From the NCBI GenBank assembly GCA_964567665.1, contig CAZMNN010000009.1, positions 902 to 64,901 of the forward strand: a stretch of DNA of 64,000 bases, read 5' to 3'. Every line of letters begins with the position of its first letter. The stretch's first letter is position 1. The notes under the pieces were generated by a model. The model did no database searches and was not told where the DNA came from. It saw nothing but the letters and a program-made list of their open reading frames with translations. This DNA comes from an uncultured Lentisphaeraceae bacterium (lineage in GTDB: Bacteria; Verrucomicrobiota; Kiritimatiellia; RFP12; UBA1067). A program made the translations under genes and the position numbers. Positions 50,513 to 60,361 of this stretch are shown piece by piece.

Positions 50513-53500
50513 GTGACTGACATGAAGGTTGGTGTTCTGCTGGCGTCGTTCGCGGCGGCGTTTGCCGCAGCGGCGGAGGTGAACCTTGACGGTGAAACGA
50601 CATGCGCCGTTGCCGGCGGCAGTGCGACAAACCGCATTTCCGAAAAGGTGACGGGGACAGGCTCGATACTCAAGACGGGGGCAGGGGTGCTTTCCCTCAC
50701 CAATCCAGGGAACGACTTTTCTGGCGGCATCGTCATATCGGAAGGTACAGTGTCTGCTGCGGCGGAGGGGGTTCTCGGCTCCGGAACCGTTACCGTTTCG
50801 TCTGCTTTGTCCAGGTCGGCAGGAGTTCACTTCAACGCCGCCGCATCGTCGGGCAGCTATGCGGTGTTCTCGAATCCGCTTGCCTTCACGGGAGACAAGG
50901 ACGTGGGCGACTATCGGTCGCTGTCCCATTCGGGAGGGTATGAACAGACCAACTTTAACGCCGTCTTCTACAAAAACACACGTCTCACGGGCGACATAAC
51001 CGGCACCCGCTCGTTCAGGCTTCGGCACAATCCGGTCAGCACGAGCAATCCGAAAAACGGAGGCCCCTCCACAATTTTCGATGGTGCTTTGAGTGCCGTA
51101 GAAAAGAGCATCTACCTTCACGTATATGGCACCATGACGGTAAACGGCCCAGTCACGGCCAAAATGCTCTGGGGCGGCGAACCGTGGTCAGGTGGGGGGA
51201 CGCTTGCGCTGAACAATTCTGAAAATGCAATCGGCACAATCATCATCAGCCACAACAATCTGTCATGCGGGGCGGCGAATGTCCTCGGCGGCGCGACCAT
51301 TGCCTGGCGGTTGACAGGAGAGTCGCCGCATCCTGGACTTTCGTGTGTCAACATGAACGGGTTCGACCAGACCGTCGCCGGTCTCTCTCAGGTGGTGTTT
51401 GACAATAATGGCTGGAACAAGGCATTTGTGCACCGGAATGTCGGGATGAACGAGAACACCTACTGCGTGACGTCGTCGGAAGCGGCGACTTTGACGATAA
51501 CCGGCGGGGTGGAGAACCTTACGACATACGCTCCGCTGATGGGTGCCGTTTCGCTTGTGATAGATTCCCAGAGCAACTCCGCATTCGTCCAGACGTTCAC
51601 GAACAACCTCAACACATTCACCGGCGCAACGGAGGTTCGAGCCGGCATACTTAAGATCACCGGAAATGCGAGGTTCAGCAAAACGCCATCCATAACCGTT
51701 GCGCAGGGCGCATCCCTCATCTGCGCATCCACCAATTCTCTGCCGGCGCTTGAATCCGTGAAGACGCTTGCCGTAAACGGAACGTTCGATGCCTCAACTG
51801 CTAAGACAGCACCGTTTTCGACGATAGAGAGCCTGTCCCTTGGCGCAGATGCATCGCTTTTGCTCCCGGCCGGCATGGTTCTCTATGTCAAGTCCATTAC
51901 CGTGAACGGTCAACCGAAGACGGGTCGGCTCTTCACTCCGGAGAATCTGCCGCAGTTGAAGTCCGGAACGATAATTGTGGATTCGGTCGGAATCGATGCG
52001 ACGTGGACGGGTGCGGAATCGCAGTCGCTTACGGCTGCCGGCAACTGGGATGCTTCACCGCTCGAATTTTCCAACGGCAGCATCAATGCAACGTTCGCCA
52101 GCGCCGGTGCAACGGCGATTGCCGACGATGACGCTGTATTCGGTTCAATCAGGTTCAGGGCGGCGGAAGGCGAGAACGGCTTTGCCATCAATAGGGGCGA
52201 TCCTGAACATACGGTCACTGTGCTGGACGGAATTTCCGCCGTGACGAACGGCGCGGACTGCACGGCGCACACCTACGTGATCGACACCCCGCTGAAGATC
52301 GCCGAGGCCATAACCTTCCATGCCGACACCAACCAGACGCTGACAGTGCGCAATGCACTGCGCGAGACGGCTGAGGATATGGGCAAGCACACCATTACGG
52401 TCGATGGACATGGGCCTTACGCGAACCGGATCGGCTCGGTGCGTTTTGAGGGCACAAACTGGTTCGGCGGCAAATTGGCGATGACGACGAGTCTTGTCCG
52501 CGTAAGCGGCGTACTGTCGAATCCGGGAAGACTGTACACGGGTGTTCCGGCGGGCAAGACTGCGGGCGACATAATCCACATCAAAATGAACACCAACAAT
52601 GATGCGACTCGGGCCGATGCCTCCAAAGGGAACATGGTGTACGGTCTGTTTCTCAACAACGCCACGATCGGAAAATCCATATGGGTGGACAGCATGATTG
52701 GATGCCGTTCGATCACCACAGAGAGCGGCACCACAAATGAAGTGACCGGGTACGTCCGCTATAACATCTACGACCATCAGGGAGTGGAGACCAAATGGAA
52801 CTCGGAGCTGATTCTCTCCGGCGGTCTCTACGGGAGCCATTCGTTCCGCAAATACAATTCCGGTACGCTGCGCATCCGGAACGTTCCGGTGAATTGCACA
52901 CAGTCCGCAGGGTTCAATCCGGAGGAAGGGCGTGTGGTGTTCGAGGTTCCTGACAATACGTTCAACTATTTCATTCTTGGATATAACTACAATAAGACGC
53001 TGACGGTTGAGATGACCGTGGACAACGTGCTGACCAACGGACTTGTGCAGATTGGCGGGAGTGGTGGAGACGCCAATAATTGCATGCCATTGTCAAAAGG
53101 AAACTATACGCTTGACGTCCATGGAACAAGGCAGCGCTGCGAGAAGCTGGCGGTCCTGCCGCGAGGTACCCTCACCGGCGAATATCCGGCGATGGTCGAG
53201 GTGTATGACGGATGGCACGACGGCAATCCCGCCGGGTACAGGTACGTGACCGGAAACATCACCGGCGGCGTGGGGCTTCTGCACAGCGGCACGGGTACGC
53301 TCACCCTGACGAACCGCGCATTTGCGTCGTGCGGAGATCTCGCCGTCACGAACGGCACTCTTGAGTTTGCGGCGAACGCAACATGGCTCAACGGCACAAA
53401 CATCACAGTTGCGGGTTCGGGGACGCTCAGGCTTGCCAAGGGCGGACATTTCAGCAGGAAGAACGCCATACTGTGGTTCGGTGCGGACGAAGATGCGTGG

Positions 53501-53689
53501 AAGATCGACATCCCGGCCGGAATGTCGCAGACGTTTTCGGCGGCATACGATGCCGACGGCAGACGGCTTTCCGCCGGAACGTACGGCAATGCCGCGTCAG
53601 GCGCCACGAACGTACGCTATGCCGGTCACTTCCCGAACGCCGGACGCGTCAACGTGAGCTATACCGGCACGATAGTGAGCATCCGTTAG
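50513..53689 (+). CDS. large secreted protein with autotransporter-associated beta-strand repeats (second copy of this family)
   Basis: Signal peptide MKVGVLLASFAAAFAAAA. Repeated GTGS.LKTGAGVLSLTN / GGIVISEGTVS motifs. 1058 aa. Confidence 0.7.
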   Translation: MTDMKVGVLLASFAAAFAAAAEVNLDGETTCAVAGGSATNRISEKVTGTGSILKTGAGVLSLTNPGNDFSGGIVISEGTVSAAAEGVLGSGTVTVSSALSRSAGVHFNAAASSGSYAVFSNPLAFTGDKDVGDYRSLSHSGGYEQTNFNAVFYKNTRLTGDITGTRSFRLRHNPVSTSNPKNGGPSTIFDGALSAVEKSIYLHVYGTMTVNGPVTAKMLWGGEPWSGGGTLALNNSENAIGTIIISHNNLSCGAANVLGGATIAWRLTGESPHPGLSCVNMNGFDQTVAGLSQVVFDNNGWNKAFVHRNVGMNENTYCVTSSEAATLTITGGVENLTTYAPLMGAVSLVIDSQSNSAFVQTFTNNLNTFTGATEVRAGILKITGNARFSKTPSITVAQGASLICASTNSLPALESVKTLAVNGTFDASTAKTAPFSTIESLSLGADASLLLPAGMVLYVKSITVNGQPKTGRLFTPENLPQLKSGTIIVDSVGIDATWTGAESQSLTAAGNWDASPLEFSNGSINATFASAGATAIADDDAVFGSIRFRAAEGENGFAINRGDPEHTVTVLDGISAVTNGADCTAHTYVIDTPLKIAEAITFHADTNQTLTVRNALRETAEDMGKHTITVDGHGPYANRIGSVRFEGTNWFGGKLAMTTSLVRVSGVLSNPGRLYTGVPAGKTAGDIIHIKMNTNNDATRADASKGNMVYGLFLNNATIGKSIWVDSMIGCRSITTESGTTNEVTGYVRYNIYDHQGVETKWNSELILSGGLYGSHSFRKYNSGTLRIRNVPVNCTQSAGFNPEEGRVVFEVPDNTFNYFILGYNYNKTLTVEMTVDNVLTNGLVQIGGSGGDANNCMPLSKGNYTLDVHGTRQRCEKLAVLPRGTLTGEYPAMVEVYDGWHDGNPAGYRYVTGNITGGVGLLHSGTGTLTLTNRAFASCGDLAVTNGTLEFAANATWLNGTNITVAGSGTLRLAKGGHFSRKNAILWFGADEDAWKIDIPAGMSQTFSAAYDADGRRLSAGTYGNAASGATNVRYAGHFPNAGRVNVSYTGTIVSIR

Positions 53690-53697
53690 CGATTGAG

Positions 53698-53730
53698 GCG
53701 CGGTGTATGCTATGATACCGCGCTGTTTTC
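53698..53730 (+). terminator. rho-independent terminator after the ABS-repeat gene
   Basis: A GCGCGGT - 12 nt - ACCGCGC stem followed by TGTTTTC. Confidence 0.55.
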
Positions 53731-53784
53731 GGGAATTGCAGGCCATCGGTCTTGCAGTCCAACCAGGACAGAAAGGGTAGAGGA

Positions 53785-56700
53785 ATGAAACCGTCTTTCG
53801 CAAAAACGCTGTCGGCGGCGCTGTTCGGCATCGCCATATGTTCAGAGATGTGCGCCGAAGTCAAGCCGATAGTGGTGGAGGGTGCGCCGTTTCCGCTTAC
53901 GGTGGCGGAGTGGACGCCGCCGCCACGCGACTTCCCCATCACTGAATACGGCGCGAAGCAGGACGGAAAGCCCGTCACGGAGGCGATCGACGCAGCGATT
54001 GCGGCGGCGTCGAAGGCGGGCGGCGGGCGCGTGGTTCTGCCGCCCGGCGAATGGCTCTCCGGCGCGTTCCGTCTCAAGAGCGACGTTGCGCTTGTTGTCG
54101 AGGACGGAGCGGTGCTGCATTTCCCGGATGATCCGGTGATTGTCATGCGCGCCCCGCTCAGGGCGAATGGACGTCCCGCGATTACGCATCAGGCGCTGAT
54201 CGGGGCGACGGGATGCACGAACGTGGCGGTCATGGGCGGCGGAACGATACTCAGTGACGTCGCCTACTGGCACGACAACTTCATGCTCAATCCGCAGGGC
54301 GGCTTTCCGCGTCCGCAGGTGATGCACTTCGAGAAGTGCAGGAACGTGCGCGTGGAGGGGGTCAAGGTTCGCGGTTCGCCGGCGTGGACGATGCACTTCC
54401 GGATATGCGAGGACGTTGTGATGCGCGGGGTCGATTCCGTATGCACCGGGCCGAACACGGACGGTCTTGACCTTGATTCGTGCAACCGCGCCTTGATTGA
54501 GAACTGCTCCCTCGACCAGACCGACGACACGTACACCATCAAGAGCGGGTTCAACGAAGAGGGGCGCAGACGCAACATCCCGACGCAGAATGTCGTGATC
54601 CGCAACTGCCGGGCGGTGCATGGACATACCCTGCTTGCTATCGGAAGCGAAGTCTCCGGCGGAATCCGCAACATCTACATGACGGACTGCACTGTCGAAT
54701 CCGACTGCTGGCGCTTCCTGTTCGTGAAGACCAACGCGAAGCGCGGCGCGTTTGTGGAGAACGTGTGGATGGAGAACATCAAGGGCGTCTCCGCCGGAAC
54801 CGCCGTTTTTGAGACGGAGATGTACTACGACGGGAATCCGGTCAAGGAGCTTACGAAGAAGGCGGCAAAGACGTGGCCAACCGCCATATCCAACATCGTT
54901 GTCCGGAACGTGACGTGCGCCGACGCCGGATACGCCGTCAAGGTGCGCGGCGATCCGGAGCTTCCGCCAAAGGGTCTGCATGCCGAGAACATCCGCATTG
55001 GGAAGATTCGCAGTCAGGCGGTCAAGGCGTCCAACGCACCTGAGCTTGAGGTGAAGGACGTGCGCGAAGATCCGTCCGTGGTGCGCGAGATCGCCGGAGT
55101 GCCGCCGCAGGTGCGTACGTTCGATGCGGCGATTGACGGAAGGGACGCACCCGCGTTCGACCTTGCGGCGCTTGAGACGCTTTCCGCGAACGAGGTTTGC
55201 CGCCGGGTGCTTGCGGCGCGAATCGCTGCCGAGATGAAGTGCGGACGGAACGTTGCGCCGCGTGTTACGCCGCAGACGGCATTGGAGAAGTCATACAGCG
55301 GGCAGTATTCCCGCCGTCTTGTGAAGATGCTTACGGATATCGGATGCGCATTGCCGGGCGCGTGGATAGCAGACGACGTGCGGCAGGTGTCGCGAAGCGG
55401 AAAGGACGTTGCGCTTGATGTCGTGCCAGACCGTGCAAAGGGCGTGGTGAAGGTGTGTCTGACAAACAACGGCGGCAAGGCTCTTGAGGACATATGGTGC
55501 GTGGTGCATCTCGCACCGGAGTGGATGACACGGCGGCAGACGTTCCGCGTCGGGCGCGTCGCCCCCGGCGAGACGCTTGTGCGTACGTTGGAGTGCGGCG
55601 CCGGGGCGCACTATCTGCCGCGTCCGCTTGGGGCCTCGCCCTATGCCGCATCGGTGGACTTCACGCAGGGTGGCGTTCGCCGCCGTGTGTGGGCAACGGC
55701 CGAGACGCCGGACGCGAAAAGGGCGCCGAACCTTGTGGACGCGGTTCTCCATGCGGGGCCGATGGATGTGCTGGATGCCGATGATGCAGTATTGTGCCGT
55801 GCGTCTGCGGACGGCGAATTGCCGCCGCTCGGACGGCACGGTTGGAAGCGTGTCCCGTTCGCCGGGGCGGCATGGTACAGCGCATCGCCTCAGCCGCGCC
55901 CATATACTGAGGCGGAACGTGCGCTTCTTCGCGGCAGCCGGGCCTACGAAGTCGCAGCCGTGCAATTCGAGACGCAGAGCAACACAGTGACCATCCTCCG
56001 CTGCACAGCGCCGAACTGGACAGACCGCGCCGTAGCGTTCCTCAACGGCGAGCGCATAAGGCTCACGTCCACAACGATGAACATCCCGGCGCGTATTGGA
56101 CTCAACCGCCTCGTCGTGAAATATCCATGCCGATCCGGCGACACGACCGCCGCATTCCAGATGTCCGTATATCCGTGGGACGCCTCGACCTGCTGGCCGT
56201 GCAGAGCATTCCCTCTCGCAAAGCTGGGACGGCAGATCGGGCAGATGCCGCAACCGAAGGATTCGCTTGAGTTCGCGCTGGAGTGGAACGAACGTCGTGA
56301 CGTCTCCGTTCCGTATGAGGTCGAGATATCCACCAACAAGTTGGCCAGGCTGATGAAGCGTCCGCCGTCCGGCTTTGCTGTCGGTGCGCTGTCCGCGAAA
56401 GGCGTGAAAAGGCTTTCAGCATCGATGCTGCCAGGACGGTCTGACGGCAGCGTATTCCTGCGCTTCAAGGTGCCGTCCGGAACGACCGGCCTCGTCTGCC
56501 GTGCAGTGTCCCGGACGAAGAACGTGCTTGCTGATCCGGATTCCACGGACAACCTTTTCGGCGGTGCGCTCACGTCGTCCGAGAAATGGGTCGGCACTCC
56601 GAGGATGAAGATTGAGTCCGCCGGCAAGGACGCACTTGTGTTCTCGGCGCGTTCCGACGGCGGGCCGGAGGCGACATACGACGTTCCGGTGCCGGCGGGG

Positions 56701-59700
56701 ATGTGCGGCAAGCCCGTTGCGTTCGAGACGGATGTGGAGAACCTTTCACCTGAAAGCTGGAGTTTTCTTCTTCGCGTCCGGCAGTTGGACGCGAAAGGCA
56801 ACGTTCTGCCGGAATCGGTCGTGGACAGGCGCTGGACAGGGCTTATGATGCCGGCGAACAAGCGGGTCAGGTTTGCGGAGCGCGGGCAGCTGCATACCGA
56901 GGCCAAGACGGTCAGGCTGTTCCTCAAGCTGGGATCGGCGGCGAAGAAGCATGACCGGTACGGGATGCCGAGCAGCGGAACTGTTCTGCCGCATCTGCGC
57001 ATGACGTCCCTTGCGCTGCGCCCTGCGTACAGCCTGCCGTTTCCGAAGTACGACGATTCGAATTTCGGGAAGGGCGTATCCGGCGAAAGCGGCGACGGCG
57101 CAATCCGTCTTGGCGGGTCGGACGAAAAGGCGTTCTGGTATCAGACGCGTTCGTTGGCGAGCTGGTCGGACGCGGTTCAGCAGCGTGACGGGCTGCAGAT
57201 GTTCTTCCCGACAAACGCCGGCACGGTGGAGGCCTGGTTCAAGAGCGACTGGAGGCCTGATGAGTACAAGGCCAACGGTGTAGTGAAAAGCCGCCCCATC
57301 GTTCTCTTCCAGTGCTACCAGAGCTTCCGTCAGCATATGTGCATCGGCGGGAAGGGTGCGATGCTCCAGCTTGCGTACCGTCCGAAGCCGGGTACGCTCG
57401 AACTTTCGCTCAAGGATCGGTTCAACACGGAATGCAAGGGAGCGGCCGACGCGAAACTGCCTTCCGGCAGGTGGTGCCATCTGGCGGTGCAGTGGATGCC
57501 GGGCGGCACGGCGCAGCTGTATGTGGACGGGCGGAAGGTCTTGGATCTGCCGGTCGAAAAGCTGCGCGGACTTGAGCTGCATGATCCGGACGTGAAGTGG
57601 CCGAGCGACGAAGGAGGGCTTGAGTTCTATCTCGGATCAACGTGGCAAAGCGCACGGGCGCATGGCGAGGTTGACGGTTCATGGCCGTTGTTCAGCGGAT
57701 TGGCCGATTCGCTGCGCGTCTCATCTGTCTGCCGGTATTCAGGTGATTTCAGTCCGGCGAAGTCGTTTGGGCTGGATGGCGACACGCGGGCGCTTTTTTC
57801 GTTCGACCGCAATTTCGACGGCGTTTCCGCCACTGGCGCCGGGCGGATACCCGCCACCACGCGCTCGATCGGTGTAGGGCGCGTAGCGCGTGACGTCATG
57901 GTTGGCGGCAAGCCACTGCCGTATTGGCCGAAGGGTGTTCCGCCGGAGAACGATCCCCGCGTTGTTCTGCGCGGCGACAACTTCTCTGATCTGCCGACGC
58001 CTGCTGACGTCGAGGCGGCGCGGCGTCCGTTCCGCAGATCGGCGACGCTGAAGCCGGGGGAGACGTTCTCGCTGAACTGTCCGGAGAAGGTGACGACGGA
58101 TTTCGTGGAGATCGAGAACGTAGGCGACAGTCCGCTTCTGTTCCCGATAGTCCTCAACGACGGCGACGTGGACACACGCAGCTATGGCGACCTTGCGGAC
58201 AGCATGGCTCTCGACGGGCTTACGGAGCGGCAGCGGGCGGACAAGGTGTTCGGCTTCGTGCTGTCGTCCATGGACTATTTCATGAACCACACCGCCATGT
58301 TCAATCCCGGAAGCGATGTGCCGCGTGACGTGGAATACAGCGCAATGCGTATGTTCAACGGCTACTGCGGGTTCGAGTGCGGGCCTCTCAACAACCTCGC
58401 CGTGAACCTGTTTGTCGAGGTAGCCGGCCTTCCGGCGGTACAGACCGCCGGATATGCACACAGCTTCCAGCAGGTCTTCTACGGCGGACGGAATCATGTG
58501 TACGACGTGTCGTTCAGGCGGTTCTTCCCGGCGATGGACAACGAGACGGCGGCGGGCCTTGCCGAAGGTGATGACGAGTGCGGAGTCTATCCGAGGCTTG
58601 GGGTTGCGGCGGAGTATTTCACGCGCAAGTCCACTCGCGGACATTGGATACAGCCGCCGGAGAGCCTTGCGAAGATCGGCGTCACGCTGAATCCCGGCGA
58701 AAGCTTCCGCGTGTGGCAGGTGAACGACGGGAACTGCAACGATCTTCTCGCCCGCACGAAGACGGGGCCGTACAGGGGGTATGAATCGCCGTTCCGCCCC
58801 GATGCGTCCGCACTTTGCCACGCCGACACAGCCAAGACGTTCCTGCAGCGCACGGAACGGTTCTTCCCGCAGTACCTGAACGGCTTCATCCGCTTTGACG
58901 GCGCACCCAAGCAGGGGAATCCTGCGTTCGAGGAAATTGCGGCGGACTCATTCTGCTACAGCGTCCGCAGCGGCTATCCGATCGTGTACGCCGAATATGC
59001 GGCGAAGAGGCGCGACGGCACATCGGTTCCGCTTGAGATATCCACAGACGGCGGAAAGACGTTCCGTGCGCTGTCAAGTCCAGCGGACTACGCCGTGCGG
59101 GCGCGGTATGCCTATCTCGTGAAGGTGAATGCGCCGATTGGCGACATCGTTCGCTTCACTGCCTCCACAGAGGTGCAGCTGAACCCGCGCATTTTCCCCG
59201 GTCGCCTCAAAGAGGGCGGGAACAGGCTTACGCTCAAGGCCTCCTCTGACGGACTGGCGAAGGTGACGGTGCAGGGCAGGGTTCCGGCGGGACGCATCTC
59301 GATCCCTGCCGCCGCATCCTCCGGTGCAGTCGTCGGCGCAGAGACGCTGTTCTATGCGTTCGACCCAGCGACAAGTCCCGTGCTGGATGTCATCGGCGCA
59401 TCTCCGTCTGCGACGGTGAGAACGTCCGGAGGGGTGAAGGCCAGCCTCTCCGGCGGCAGACTGACGCTTTCGGCCCAGCCCGGCAAGCCGCGCTTCGCCG
59501 CAGCGACGATTGTGGACGGCGGTGCGGAAAAGACGCTTACGGTGCTTGTCGGAACGGGTGTGCGCTTTGCCGTCGCAAAGGACGCCAAGATGAAGGACGG
59601 GGCGAAGATGATGCCGCCGGATGCGACAAGTCCGCAGTTCAGGGGGCGTCTTTCCCGCGCAAACCACGGCGCCGAGATATCGTTCATGTTTGATCCGCTG

Positions 59701-60129
59701 CCAGCGGGAAAATATGCGGTTCTCAACCTAAACCGGTTCATCAACGCCGACGGGCCGATGCCGGAGATGGGGCTGCACGATACGCAGTGCCTGAGGATGA
59801 TATGGCCGGGGCTTAAATCGACGGATGCCGGATCGTCGCACAACCTTGGATGCGCCTACAAACGCGCACGTTTCGGACGTCCCGGAGAGCCGGCAAACTT
59901 CAAGTGGGACTATCCGTGGGATCCGCGCACGTCATACCCGTATCCCGTGATACGTGTCGCGGAATATCCGGCTGGCGACGGCGTCCGTTTCAGGTCGTGG
60001 AGCAACGAGGAGACGGCGGAGATTGCGGCGGTGCTTGTCGTTCCGGAACCGGATCGGGAACTGCGTTGCGCACTTACGAAATTCCTCTGCGGGCTGAACT
60101 GCGACCCGTGGCGGATGTCCGTGCGCTGA
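53785..60129 (+). CDS. giant (about 2114 aa) secreted multidomain protein with an N-terminal GH28 polygalacturonase-like beta-helix domain, a LamG-like domain and about 1200 aa of uncharacterised sequence
   Basis: Signal peptide MKPSFAKTLSAALFGIAICS. GH28 motifs NTDGLDLDS, DQTDDTY, HGHT and R.LFVK. WFKSDWRP...GRWCHLAVQW is LamG-like. The track ORF starts at 53752. Confidence 0.7.
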   Translation: MKPSFAKTLSAALFGIAICSEMCAEVKPIVVEGAPFPLTVAEWTPPPRDFPITEYGAKQDGKPVTEAIDAAIAAASKAGGGRVVLPPGEWLSGAFRLKSDVALVVEDGAVLHFPDDPVIVMRAPLRANGRPAITHQALIGATGCTNVAVMGGGTILSDVAYWHDNFMLNPQGGFPRPQVMHFEKCRNVRVEGVKVRGSPAWTMHFRICEDVVMRGVDSVCTGPNTDGLDLDSCNRALIENCSLDQTDDTYTIKSGFNEEGRRRNIPTQNVVIRNCRAVHGHTLLAIGSEVSGGIRNIYMTDCTVESDCWRFLFVKTNAKRGAFVENVWMENIKGVSAGTAVFETEMYYDGNPVKELTKKAAKTWPTAISNIVVRNVTCADAGYAVKVRGDPELPPKGLHAENIRIGKIRSQAVKASNAPELEVKDVREDPSVVREIAGVPPQVRTFDAAIDGRDAPAFDLAALETLSANEVCRRVLAARIAAEMKCGRNVAPRVTPQTALEKSYSGQYSRRLVKMLTDIGCALPGAWIADDVRQVSRSGKDVALDVVPDRAKGVVKVCLTNNGGKALEDIWCVVHLAPEWMTRRQTFRVGRVAPGETLVRTLECGAGAHYLPRPLGASPYAASVDFTQGGVRRRVWATAETPDAKRAPNLVDAVLHAGPMDVLDADDAVLCRASADGELPPLGRHGWKRVPFAGAAWYSASPQPRPYTEAERALLRGSRAYEVAAVQFETQSNTVTILRCTAPNWTDRAVAFLNGERIRLTSTTMNIPARIGLNRLVVKYPCRSGDTTAAFQMSVYPWDASTCWPCRAFPLAKLGRQIGQMPQPKDSLEFALEWNERRDVSVPYEVEISTNKLARLMKRPPSGFAVGALSAKGVKRLSASMLPGRSDGSVFLRFKVPSGTTGLVCRAVSRTKNVLADPDSTDNLFGGALTSSEKWVGTPRMKIESAGKDALVFSARSDGGPEATYDVPVPAGMCGKPVAFETDVENLSPESWSFLLRVRQLDAKGNVLPESVVDRRWTGLMMPANKRVRFAERGQLHTEAKTVRLFLKLGSAAKKHDRYGMPSSGTVLPHLRMTSLALRPAYSLPFPKYDDSNFGKGVSGESGDGAIRLGGSDEKAFWYQTRSLASWSDAVQQRDGLQMFFPTNAGTVEAWFKSDWRPDEYKANGVVKSRPIVLFQCYQSFRQHMCIGGKGAMLQLAYRPKPGTLELSLKDRFNTECKGAADAKLPSGRWCHLAVQWMPGGTAQLYVDGRKVLDLPVEKLRGLELHDPDVKWPSDEGGLEFYLGSTWQSARAHGEVDGSWPLFSGLADSLRVSSVCRYSGDFSPAKSFGLDGDTRALFSFDRNFDGVSATGAGRIPATTRSIGVGRVARDVMVGGKPLPYWPKGVPPENDPRVVLRGDNFSDLPTPADVEAARRPFRRSATLKPGETFSLNCPEKVTTDFVEIENVGDSPLLFPIVLNDGDVDTRSYGDLADSMALDGLTERQRADKVFGFVLSSMDYFMNHTAMFNPGSDVPRDVEYSAMRMFNGYCGFECGPLNNLAVNLFVEVAGLPAVQTAGYAHSFQQVFYGGRNHVYDVSFRRFFPAMDNETAAGLAEGDDECGVYPRLGVAAEYFTRKSTRGHWIQPPESLAKIGVTLNPGESFRVWQVNDGNCNDLLARTKTGPYRGYESPFRPDASALCHADTAKTFLQRTERFFPQYLNGFIRFDGAPKQGNPAFEEIAADSFCYSVRSGYPIVYAEYAAKRRDGTSVPLEISTDGGKTFRALSSPADYAVRARYAYLVKVNAPIGDIVRFTASTEVQLNPRIFPGRLKEGGNRLTLKASSDGLAKVTVQGRVPAGRISIPAAASSGAVVGAETLFYAFDPATSPVLDVIGASPSATVRTSGGVKASLSGGRLTLSAQPGKPRFAAATIVDGGAEKTLTVLVGTGVRFAVAKDAKMKDGAKMMPPDATSPQFRGRLSRANHGAEISFMFDPLPAGKYAVLNLNRFINADGPMPEMGLHDTQCLRMIWPGLKSTDAGSSHNLGCAYKRARFGRPGEPANFKWDYPWDPRTSYPYPVIRVAEYPAGDGVRFRSWSNEETAEIAAVLVVPEPDRELRCALTKFLCGLNCDPWRMSVR

Positions 60130-60163
60130 ACGCTCTGCACGGATGTCGGCACCAAAGCGGCTT

Positions 60164-60210
60164 TTACATATTTTGTAATCGTAGACAACCTGCTTTTACA
60201 GGATGTGTAA
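60164..60210. promoter_or_regulatory. two copies of the dyad TTACA-N5-TGTAA, 32 bp apart: candidate enhancer (UAS) for a sigma-54 activator
   Basis: Read directly at 60164-60178 and 60196-60210. The dyad centres lie 128 and 96 bp upstream of the -24 element. Confidence 0.4.
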
Positions 60211-60297
60211 ATACGCTGCCAAGAGGCAAATGAGCAAAACATGAAAATGGCATCAAATCGGTCACAGGGATTCCAGTTGGGCGGAGTGGCTATGATT

Positions 60298-60313
60298 TGG
60301 CACGAAAACTGCT
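60298..60313 (+). promoter_or_regulatory. sigma-54 (-24/-12) promoter upstream of gdhA
   Basis: TGGCAC-gaaaa-CTGCT shows exact GG-N10-GC spacing. It lies 49 nt before the gdhA ATG. Confidence 0.55.
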
Positions 60314-60361
60314 TACACATTGACAAGGATATTGTATACCCGCAAAACTAAGGAATAGAAA

